A stretch of DNA of 64,000 nucleotides, taken from Acidobacteriota bacterium (lineage in GTDB: Bacteria > Acidobacteriota > UBA6911). Each line of letters starts with the position of its first letter. Position 1 is the stretch's first letter. The notes under the pieces are model-generated. The model worked only from the letters and a program-made list of their open reading frames with translations. It did no database searches and was not told the origin of the DNA. Positions 1-8,469 of this stretch are shown here, piece by piece. The stretch spans positions 5,728,001-5,792,000 of the forward strand of contig OY761556.1 in NCBI GenBank assembly GCA_963664705.1, written 5' to 3'. Both the position numbers and the translations under genes were made by a program.

Positions 1-32
1 CAAAGCCGGATCAGCCGCCGGCTCCGAATGCT

Positions 33-1031
33 GTGCCCGAATTGGCAGCGAGTTACTGTGCGATCCCGAAAGATGACCGCGAGAAGCTTCCAAATACCGA
101 AGATGACCTCAATCGGTTGAGAGGCGCCGTCCGTGAATATCTTCAGCAAGTCAAGGATCTGGTAGATGCGCGGAATAACATCCTGTCAGGAACAAGGCAG
201 GTATTCGAGCCGGTAGAACTCGTGGGTAAGCTGGACGCGATGATCCTAACGCGGTTGAAGGGTCTGTTCCTGGGCTCGGAAAAAACCACGCCGTGGAATA
301 TCACGATTGACGTGGAACCGCCTGCCGGAGCGCCAGGAATGGTGGAGTTGCTCAAGATCGATCCCGAGAAGGGCGTTTGCGTTGACAACACGAGCCTAGC
401 ACCTATGTCTGATACTGCGCCGGAAAAGTTCCCGACACTGACGAATGCGCAATGCGTCAATGGGAAACCGGTCACGCTTAAGCTGGCATACTATCCCGCC
501 GCCGCCCAGCAACTCTTTAACGTGATGAAAACCCGCACAACCGTCCCCACTGATGAGCGGAGCTTCTATTACCGCATCCCGGCGCAAGTGACGGGAGAAG
601 TCTTCTACATGCAGGCGCTCGAAAAGAAAGGTGCCACAGAGAACGCCTTGCCCGTGGAAGTCTCTTATGGCAAGGCTGTATTAACGGTAGCGCAGTACGG
701 CGAGATCGCTTCCCTGCCGGCGAAACGCAACAGCAAAACCTTAAGCTATGACTTGGGGATGGTGGAAGCGACGGGCGCGCTGAAGAGCTTCAAGCTCGGT
801 GTGACCGGCGGAATCGACAGCGCCACCATAGACGCGTTCGCAGGAGCATCCAATGATCTGCTAGATGCACGTAATAAGGCCGAGAAAGCCTCCAAGGAAC
901 AGCGCCAAAAAGACGAAGAAGCGCAGAGTGAGCTGAACCAACTGAAGAAGCAGGCTGACATCCTTGATCAGCAAGACAAGATCTGCACTCTGCAAACCAA
1001 GTACGGGCTCCCTTGCACCACCAAACCGTGA
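33..1031 (+). CDS. Hypothetical protein with C-terminal coiled coil; probably 5'-truncated by the window edge
   Basis: 332-aa ORF whose frame stays open back to the window start; the C-terminus (KAEKASKEQRQKDEEAQSELNQLKKQ) looks coiled-coil; no family recognised. Confidence 0.7.
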   Translation: MPELAASYCAIPKDDREKLPNTEDDLNRLRGAVREYLQQVKDLVDARNNILSGTRQVFEPVELVGKLDAMILTRLKGLFLGSEKTTPWNITIDVEPPAGAPGMVELLKIDPEKGVCVDNTSLAPMSDTAPEKFPTLTNAQCVNGKPVTLKLAYYPAAAQQLFNVMKTRTTVPTDERSFYYRIPAQVTGEVFYMQALEKKGATENALPVEVSYGKAVLTVAQYGEIASLPAKRNSKTLSYDLGMVEATGALKSFKLGVTGGIDSATIDAFAGASNDLLDARNKAEKASKEQRQKDEEAQSELNQLKKQADILDQQDKICTLQTKYGLPCTTKP

Positions 1032-1040
1032 GGAAGTGAC

Positions 1041-2120
1041 ATGGCTGATACGAATGAATTGGCAGCCCGTCCGTTGGAGGGAAAAGCGACGGCGGATGTG
1101 CAACGGCGCTTCGAGCCGGACCTGCTGAGCTATCGTAGCGCTGCAGCTTTGGCTGCAGCGCTGGCGAACAAAGTGAAAGACAAGGTTGTCGGGCACGAGG
1201 TCGTCATCGCAGATATGGCGGTGCTCGTCGACTTTGCTAATTTGGAGGCTCTGTATGTTGAGCTGGACGAAATGGCAAATGACTTCACCGCACTTGCCGA
1301 TCTCGCCGATGCGGCAGTTCAGCGGCGTAGAGCGGCGACGCCGCCCACAAAAGGAGCGGTCGTTAGCCTGGAGACATTCGCGCCTTTAGTAGCGGTAACG
1401 GAGGCGACGCCCGCCTTAGCCGCGTTGTCGACCGGCGTTAGCACGGCGCTCGGACTAGTAAGCCTGTTCCGGCAAGATGTCGAATTCGGCGGACGCCAGA
1501 CGACCGTCGATCCCTTGACGTTTGAACTGGCGCTCGCGGGCGCCTTGATCGACAAGGGCGCGAAGCGTGTTGTTGCCGTGGATTTCGAAGTCGCGGCAGC
1601 GAGCAATTCTGCACAATCATTACGCGGCCGGCTGCATGCTGTACACACGGCGCGTGCCAAGGCGTGGACGGCCGTTGCACCGCTTGTCACCACCGTGGCG
1701 AAGTTCGAAGTGGAACTCGACCAAGCAAGCCGCGCAAAGAAGCAGGATGAGGTGAACCGGCTGACCGGAGATTTGGCGCAACTGCGACGCGAAGTGCAGC
1801 CGCTCGCCGATCCCATGTCGCGGCTGGATTCACGCTTGAGCGACCTGGAAAAGAAAGCTATGTCCGTAGACGAGAAAACGGGAATTTCATTGTTCGCACG
1901 CTGGATGAGAGCTGAAGCGATTCGGGAGCGAAACCCTATTTATTTGCATGCGACAGTGGCGTCTTCCGGCGGGGGATTTCAAGTAGCCCGCAGTCTCTGG
2001 CGCACCAAAGCAAAGGTGAAGTCCAGCGGAGGCGTCGTGGTGCGCTGGGCATTGCTTGCAACCAGCGGGGAGATTGCCAATGCCGGCATGCTGGATGCGA
2101 CTGAAGAGTTAGAGATGTAA
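1041..2120 (+). CDS. Hypothetical Ala-rich helical/coiled-coil protein
   Basis: 359-aa ORF with GAGGA RBS, 9 bp downstream of the previous gene (operon). Confidence 0.75.
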   Translation: MADTNELAARPLEGKATADVQRRFEPDLLSYRSAAALAAALANKVKDKVVGHEVVIADMAVLVDFANLEALYVELDEMANDFTALADLADAAVQRRRAATPPTKGAVVSLETFAPLVAVTEATPALAALSTGVSTALGLVSLFRQDVEFGGRQTTVDPLTFELALAGALIDKGAKRVVAVDFEVAAASNSAQSLRGRLHAVHTARAKAWTAVAPLVTTVAKFEVELDQASRAKKQDEVNRLTGDLAQLRREVQPLADPMSRLDSRLSDLEKKAMSVDEKTGISLFARWMRAEAIRERNPIYLHATVASSGGGFQVARSLWRTKAKVKSSGGVVVRWALLATSGEIANAGMLDATEELEM

Positions 2121-2426
2121 GCGGAGTCTTGACGAGATCGGCTGGCCGGGTGCGATATCATGCACGTAAGCGCTTGTAAATCATTGAGAGAGAAGGACAG
2201 GTCATTATCAAGGTGAGTTCATAACCCCAGGTTCAAATTTGAAATTTGTCCACAAAAGCGGCGCTAAAATGATGTCCATTACACCGGGTATTCAAGCCTA
2301 GTTTTTGCCAAAAGTCGGCAGTTTTGAAATTCAACAAAAGGATAGATTGTAAAATATCGTCAGTAGTCAGCGTATATGAATTCGATCCTGATGACATACC
2401 TGATTGCGGATGATTGCAGGAAACGG

Positions 2427-3317
2427 TCAGGCGCGCATCATGGCGTCTTGGATCTGCTTCGCATGCCAGGTTTCTCCAATACCGAATAATAAGGATGCCT
2501 CCGGGAAAGCAGTTTTGGCAAATGCAATTAAATCCTTGATGGAATCATTGGGTCCAGCACCACGGAGTATGTTGAAGACGCCCAATATGCGTTGTGTACT
2601 CGCAACCTGCAACACTCGATCATGGCTGAAGAAGGCTGTGTATTTTCCAAAAGGGATAAAGTGACCAATAATAGGTAACACGCCTAATGCGGGTAGTACC
2701 TCCTCGGTGAAATGAGAAATGCAGATTACTGGTAAAATTGCTGATGCATATTCAAACATCTCATTTAGAATCTCAAAGCGGCCGAGTAGGACAAGCAAAT
2801 CGGCGTAATCTGCTCCAATCATGAATGCATCAGCTAACGGCGCCATTTCAAACAAGCGTTTTGTAAAGCGCTCTTTGTTCAAGCATATAGAAGAAATTTC
2901 TCGTTGGGTTAATGAACATTGTAATGAGTGGCTTCCTGTCCAGCAATGCCGTCTTTCCGGCGCAAGCGGACTCTGGCAAATACGATCAACCATGTGCATC
3001 TTGCGTTCCATAATTGCTGAATACAAACGGTCCCTACTGTGTATAGCTTCGCGCCCTTCGATTTCAACCCCACAACCCCAACTCGGATTTGCCAGCACAA
3101 CGAGGCTTTTGCCGTAAGATGCACGCAATGTGCGAATTGCAGTGACCAATGGAGGATGGAATGAGAAATCGACGGCCTCGAAGCCGGCTTGAATGCTCGC
3201 CTCCAGAATCTTTAGGATTTCCGAATCATCATACATTCTGGAAGGCTCCACAGTCGGCAAAAATGGAACAAATGCATCGGTTCCAATTATGTTACGCGGA
3301 AGGTTAAGGCAGCCCAT
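2427..3317 (-). CDS. Hypothetical protein, probable TIM-barrel (aldo/keto-reductase-like N-terminus)
   Basis: 296 aa; GGAGG RBS; the N-terminus LPRNIIGTDAF...ILEASIQAGFEAVD resembles the start of AKR-like barrels; 10 bp after the HD gene. Confidence 0.6.
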   Translation of the reverse strand: MGCLNLPRNIIGTDAFVPFLPTVEPSRMYDDSEILKILEASIQAGFEAVDFSFHPPLVTAIRTLRASYGKSLVVLANPSWGCGVEIEGREAIHSRDRLYSAIMERKMHMVDRICQSPLAPERRHCWTGSHSLQCSLTQREISSICLNKERFTKRLFEMAPLADAFMIGADYADLLVLLGRFEILNEMFEYASAILPVICISHFTEEVLPALGVLPIIGHFIPFGKYTAFFSHDRVLQVASTQRILGVFNILRGAGPNDSIKDLIAFAKTAFPEASLLFGIGETWHAKQIQDAMMRA

Positions 3318-3327
3318 ACGGCCTCCA

Positions 3328-5514
3328 CTACTCTAATGAAACACTCATGCCTTGGATGCCAACAGAAAATTCGAAACGCTTTGGAAATGGAATACCCGAA
3401 AACGATAGTCGCTTCAAATTCTGGGCTTTACCGTGGGAAAATACGTCAAAGTTCCAATCATAAAAACTTTTGTCCGCGCTGTGAATATATTCAAACTTGC
3501 ATCTGATAGATTCATCATCGAGGACATTCCCTTCTACGGGACCAAAAAGCATGTCGCTAATCATTGTCTCGTAACCCTTTGGGCCGAGACATGTTCTGCC
3601 CCATTCCTGCATCTCGTCGCATAATATCAGTAACGCACCAAGTGGATTCTCAGTGAATCGAAGAGGAATCGCTGAACGATTTCCAGATATTGTATCAGTG
3701 GCAGATTCTAGGTTGTGAAGCAAGATTGCGCGGGCGGCTTCAAAGAGAATCTTCTCTTGAGTTACTGCCTTTCCGGTAGGCGGATATAATATTGAGGCTG
3801 TATCGAGGAGGTTGAGAGCACTAAGTGCACCGTGATCGTATAACAACTCAAGCGATGTATGTCCAAATCCTTTGTTGGCCAACTCAGCAGGAAAATAGCG
3901 CTGTAAGAGAACCCATATTTCGTTATTGTTGACAGGATTGTCATTAGGCCCGAGAGGAGGAGTTACAATCTTGCGTAGCCTCAATCCCAAAATTTTTCCG
4001 ATGGCATTCTCAACGGCGTCAAAGATACTAGTGGCTGAAGTCCCGAAATGAGTCGAGATTGCATTTAGCCGTGGCGCATGGTTTAGCGCAAACGATACTG
4101 GATAGCAGTGATCATGTAATAACGCGGTATAGGTCCAAGCAGCGTGTACCGCACCGTTCATATCTGGCCAATGTAAGGTATTAGCTACATGTTTCGAAAG
4201 TGGTACGCCATCTCTCATATTAAGTTGGAGAAGGACTAGACCCGCATAGAGCACATTAACGACATGGATATGATGATCTCTGTAACGCTTCGATGTGAAA
4301 TAGCTAAGTACATCGATATCTCGAGACTCATGGGTTAAATCGGCTGCCTTCGTAAAAACGTCATTTTTTGAAGTGGGGATGTGCTTTTTGGTTTCATTGA
4401 GCGCTGCGTCCTGCAATTCAAAATAGAGATCTCGATATTTGAGAGGTTCAGAGCCCACATCGTCGGGAATAGCCCTCTGCGGCATCTGGTAATGACTCCG
4501 CAGAAACTCCATGCATCTGGCAGAACTGAACTCGATGTACGATCCACGGGATTTATTATTCGCATGGGTTCGAGCAAGGCGAAAGGGTTCAAGGGCTCCA
4601 TGAACTGCCTCTGCAATAGCATATGTAAAAGACGGGTGATCAATGTCATCAGGAGTAAGTTGATGTGATTCTCTTATATCATGGGCACCAATTTTGAGTA
4701 TAGGATAGGAACTCAGTATGATGTCTATGAGTGCTTTACACAATGTGGGACCGCTGTGACGCTGAGACTTTGCCAAAGCCTCTTGAATGTCTTTTGCCGT
4801 TGCCGTAATAAGGATTGCTCCTGCACTGTCGTTAGTCATGTACTCTTGGCCATAAGTGTTGGGCACATTTGAAACAAATTTGTATTTCGGCGGGTGACGA
4901 TTGATAAAAGCCACAAGGGCATTGGATAGCTTGTATCTGTAATCGTGGCGCTCCCCAGATATAATGATATGGTCCTTTCCCTGTGACGTTCCTAGCATCG
5001 CAATTATTGCAGTGTTATGCATGGCCATCTCTTCAAAAATTTTGGCTCTCTTCCCCTCTTTGGCGAGAAAGGGTAATAGGGCTTCAACTATTAAAGCGAC
5101 GCGCTCAGGACCGCAGTCTAGGGCTGCGGATAATTCACTGACTAATGCCTTTGTACCTGATGGTGTTATTTGACCTGATGGAACAACGCGAGCAAGGCGA
5201 TCATAAAGTAATTCAAGTTCTGTGAGAAATGGAAGACAGGCTGTGTCTGTAGCGAGTTCTGCTCCGTCTTTTACCTCAAGCGTTATTCCGAGTTGCGATG
5301 CAAAGAATTGTTCAAAGAATAGTTTATACACCCGTGTATTCTTGGGAGACAATCCGCTTCTAGTCCCGTATTGCTGTCGCTCATTAAAAACAATCGTTAA
5401 AGATCCAGGTTTCCCCAAAAGAAGCTTTTTGATCTGCAGAAGTAGCGCAACATGCCCCAAATGAAGCTCATCGAGATCATTGCCGTTAACTGCCCAGAAA
5501 GAATAAACGTTCAT
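3328..5514 (-). CDS. Fusion of a class Ic aminoacyl-tRNA-synthetase-like (TyrRS/TrpRS) domain and an HD-superfamily phosphohydrolase
   Basis: HIGH-like ELHLGH; IISGERH and PNTYGQEYMTNDSAGAILITATAKDIQEAL align by eye with the GxDQ and KMSKS regions; C-terminal YRDHHIH, LLHD, DHG, LLHN and LCDEMQEWGR are HD motifs; ATG at 5514 chosen over TTG at 5556. Confidence 0.7.
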   Translation of the reverse strand: MNVYSFWAVNGNDLDELHLGHVALLLQIKKLLLGKPGSLTIVFNERQQYGTRSGLSPKNTRVYKLFFEQFFASQLGITLEVKDGAELATDTACLPFLTELELLYDRLARVVPSGQITPSGTKALVSELSAALDCGPERVALIVEALLPFLAKEGKRAKIFEEMAMHNTAIIAMLGTSQGKDHIIISGERHDYRYKLSNALVAFINRHPPKYKFVSNVPNTYGQEYMTNDSAGAILITATAKDIQEALAKSQRHSGPTLCKALIDIILSSYPILKIGAHDIRESHQLTPDDIDHPSFTYAIAEAVHGALEPFRLARTHANNKSRGSYIEFSSARCMEFLRSHYQMPQRAIPDDVGSEPLKYRDLYFELQDAALNETKKHIPTSKNDVFTKAADLTHESRDIDVLSYFTSKRYRDHHIHVVNVLYAGLVLLQLNMRDGVPLSKHVANTLHWPDMNGAVHAAWTYTALLHDHCYPVSFALNHAPRLNAISTHFGTSATSIFDAVENAIGKILGLRLRKIVTPPLGPNDNPVNNNEIWVLLQRYFPAELANKGFGHTSLELLYDHGALSALNLLDTASILYPPTGKAVTQEKILFEAARAILLHNLESATDTISGNRSAIPLRFTENPLGALLILCDEMQEWGRTCLGPKGYETMISDMLFGPVEGNVLDDESIRCKFEYIHSADKSFYDWNFDVFSHGKAQNLKRLSFSGIPFPKRFEFSVGIQGMSVSLE

Positions 5515-6042
5515 ATAGATTCGCTCCGTGTTCGTTCTAGCGCCAAACCTTCCCAAAGTCCGTTAAGTGTTTCTGTGTGATTTGGCGCAGGAGAGACTGC
5601 GTTGAGGGTTAGATGTCGGCACACCCCCTGCGCACTCAATCACGATGGTAATACGTGTAGAAAATACGATTTTCGGATGCCCGAGTATGCTCTGTTGTCA
5701 TTCCGGTAGCAAGTCCTAAATGGATAAAAAATAGATACCAATGGTTGCATTGAGAATGCATTAGGTCGCGCTGCGGCTTGCTGTTACGGGCGATAAGAAA
5801 TATCTAACCAGAATCGATTGGCACACGGTCTGGGTACGTTCGGCAAGACGAGACTCTCAGATATCCAGTAGTAAATTGAGATATAGGATGCAAATTTGAG
5901 AATTTTGAGCTCTAATGGATGATACAAAGTTCGCATTGTTTGCACGAACTAATTGCGATGAAATTTTGCTCAGTACAATATAAACCGAACCGCTCGACTA
6001 ACAAGATGCAGCTTTTGTTTACCCACTTCAAGGAGCTATAAA

Positions 6043-8469
6043 GTGTATAAAAGCACTTGGTTGGCGTGCCAACTTATGGACATTGTCTGCGGCTTGTCTA
6101 GGACTCAGGATCCGCACCCAGGTTACCACACAATCGCTCGGGAAATGGGGCGGTATTGGAAGTTACATCAGGTTTTCCTATTGGTCCGTCGTTTTTACTC
6201 GGGGTGGCGAAGGAATGAACTGAGTTTCTGGGTATACGCAGGCGGTGAAATACTTGAACGCTATCACGGGAATAGGCCCAGTGCGATTGTGGAAATCGCA
6301 TTGACCCAAAGTCATCTTCTAAGTCGACTTGATAGTGTGCAATTAGTGGGAATGAGGCTCGACGAGGACCCCTTTCTCAAGCAGCAATTGTATATGGCAT
6401 GTGCGCCAGCGGCCGATCTCACAGACGAAGTGCAGGGAATACGAATCGACGAACAAGGATATACCATTGGATTCCTGCTTGTCCCGAAAGGTGCTTCCAA
6501 CGTTCTGTTGACAGAGGATACAGAGATCCTTAAACGTTCAGTTAGGCTGGCTTTTGAAAGGACATCCAGCGCTTATGCGGAAAATGAACAGCTTTGCAAT
6601 TCCCTTTCGGCAATTGCTGGGCAACTCTTCAGAAACTGCAGCGATACATCTTCACTCGAATTTGGCAGCAGCCGCGAGCCAAGAAGTGATGACGTCCTCC
6701 AGGAATTCCTTGATTACACGCGTACTACGATGAAAGCGCAAAGGTGTGCGCTGTTTCTGGTGGATGAGCGAGAGAATAGTCTTACTTTGGAACGCATTTC
6801 CGAGCAAACTGATAGCGAAAACAAGCTCCATTACGAGGAGATACCGCATATACCTTCATATGATCTTGTGAATTACAGTTCAGAAAAGCGAGGACAAGGA
6901 GTGACTCCTTGGGTTCTCTACCGTAAGGAGCCATTCAATGCGCGTAGCTATGAAGAGTTGATAAGCAATTCCGAAGGCCATCATAAAGGAAATTGGGATG
7001 ATCTCATTTATGGCGGCAAAGACAAGGCGAGAAACGACTTCAAGTGTGTCTATATGACACCACTCCTTGCTGGCGCTAAGGCTATTGGCGTCCTTAAGTG
7101 CGAGAATCGCACGCTTGAGGCGCCCTATCCATTTTTCGATCAGACAGATGAGCGCCAAATCAATAGTTTGGCGGGCGTTCTTGTGAACCTTGTTGTATCT
7201 CAACGCATTGAACGCAGGCGCTACGACAGAGCCTTACCAGCCATATCTGAAATCCTTCTGAGGGATTTCGGTCAATCCCAATTGTTCAAAAGCCTTTTGA
7301 GTGAATGCCGCAGCCGGCTACACGCCGATCTCTGCTCGCTGTTCGTCACAAGCGGTGGCGATCTTGTTTTGCGCGCCATTGTGGGGTTGGACAAAGACAA
7401 AGAGGCACGCCTCCTTGACTTCCGGTATGAAAACTACCGGACTTCCGATGGACTTACGTGCTTGGTCCTCAGACAACACAAGTCATTTAATATGCGATCT
7501 TATAAAGATCTAGCTGATCGTGCAGAACGCAAAGGCCCGGGCAAGTGGGACGACATCGTCTATGATGGAAATGCAGCCGTGATGTTCAAATCGCTTTATT
7601 CTATTCCACTCCGGATTGGCGAGGAGGATGTTGGTGTATTGAAAGTTGAGAACAAGAACGTTGCGCCCTTTTACTTCACAGAGAGCGATGAGCGCCTATT
7701 TGATTTGATCGGACGGCTCATTGCGATCGGCGTCAAATATGATAACGAGGCTTATCTAGGACTTATGCTGCGGGCGGCCGAAATGGGATTCCTTGCCTCC
7801 GGAATTGCCCACGAATTCAACACATATTTGCAAAGTATTCAAGGTATCTCAGACGTGATTGGGTTGGATGCCGAGGGGAATATCCGTCGGCAAGTCAACA
7901 AATTATCGCGGCAGATCAAATTAGCGGCGAAGACGATTGATAATTTTCGTATGATTCGAGATCGCAAGCAAGAGGTGGAAACTTTTCCTATCGACCAACG
8001 TGTAGACGAGATTGTCAAGATCGTTGATGAACGTTTTCGAAACAACCAGATTGAGCTGGAATATCAGAAAAATCACTTCGAAGTCACGATGAATTCAAGC
8101 GAATTTCAGACCATACTCATCAACCTATTGCGCAATGCGCACGACGCTATTGTCGAAACGAAGCGTCCGGGCAAAGTATATTTGGCTGTCAGGGAGAGTG
8201 GAGAGGGCCGATTCATAATCGAAGTGGCTGATACCGGTACAGGATTTGACCGTGACAAGATGCAATATCTCGGTGCTCCTTATTATACAACCAAGAGTGC
8301 TGCCGGTGGGACGGGAATGGGGTTATTCTGGATCTACCGAATCGTGGAGCGAAATAGGGGTGAGATTGATCCTGTTGCGAATAATCAATTCGGAGGGGCG
8401 ACGATTCGAGTCACACTTCCCAAACACTGCGGGGCAAACGACCACGCAAATCCTGGAGGTAAGCGATGA
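6043..8469 (+). CDS. Soluble tandem-GAF sensor histidine kinase
   Basis: AAGGAG RBS; two homologous GAF domains; H-box IAHEFN, N-box NLLRNAHDA, G1 DTGTG, G2 GTGMGL; no transmembrane segment seen. Confidence 0.9.
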   Translation: MYKSTWLACQLMDIVCGLSRTQDPHPGYHTIAREMGRYWKLHQVFLLVRRFYSGWRRNELSFWVYAGGEILERYHGNRPSAIVEIALTQSHLLSRLDSVQLVGMRLDEDPFLKQQLYMACAPAADLTDEVQGIRIDEQGYTIGFLLVPKGASNVLLTEDTEILKRSVRLAFERTSSAYAENEQLCNSLSAIAGQLFRNCSDTSSLEFGSSREPRSDDVLQEFLDYTRTTMKAQRCALFLVDERENSLTLERISEQTDSENKLHYEEIPHIPSYDLVNYSSEKRGQGVTPWVLYRKEPFNARSYEELISNSEGHHKGNWDDLIYGGKDKARNDFKCVYMTPLLAGAKAIGVLKCENRTLEAPYPFFDQTDERQINSLAGVLVNLVVSQRIERRRYDRALPAISEILLRDFGQSQLFKSLLSECRSRLHADLCSLFVTSGGDLVLRAIVGLDKDKEARLLDFRYENYRTSDGLTCLVLRQHKSFNMRSYKDLADRAERKGPGKWDDIVYDGNAAVMFKSLYSIPLRIGEEDVGVLKVENKNVAPFYFTESDERLFDLIGRLIAIGVKYDNEAYLGLMLRAAEMGFLASGIAHEFNTYLQSIQGISDVIGLDAEGNIRRQVNKLSRQIKLAAKTIDNFRMIRDRKQEVETFPIDQRVDEIVKIVDERFRNNQIELEYQKNHFEVTMNSSEFQTILINLLRNAHDAIVETKRPGKVYLAVRESGEGRFIIEVADTGTGFDRDKMQYLGAPYYTTKSAAGGTGMGLFWIYRIVERNRGEIDPVANNQFGGATIRVTLPKHCGANDHANPGGKR

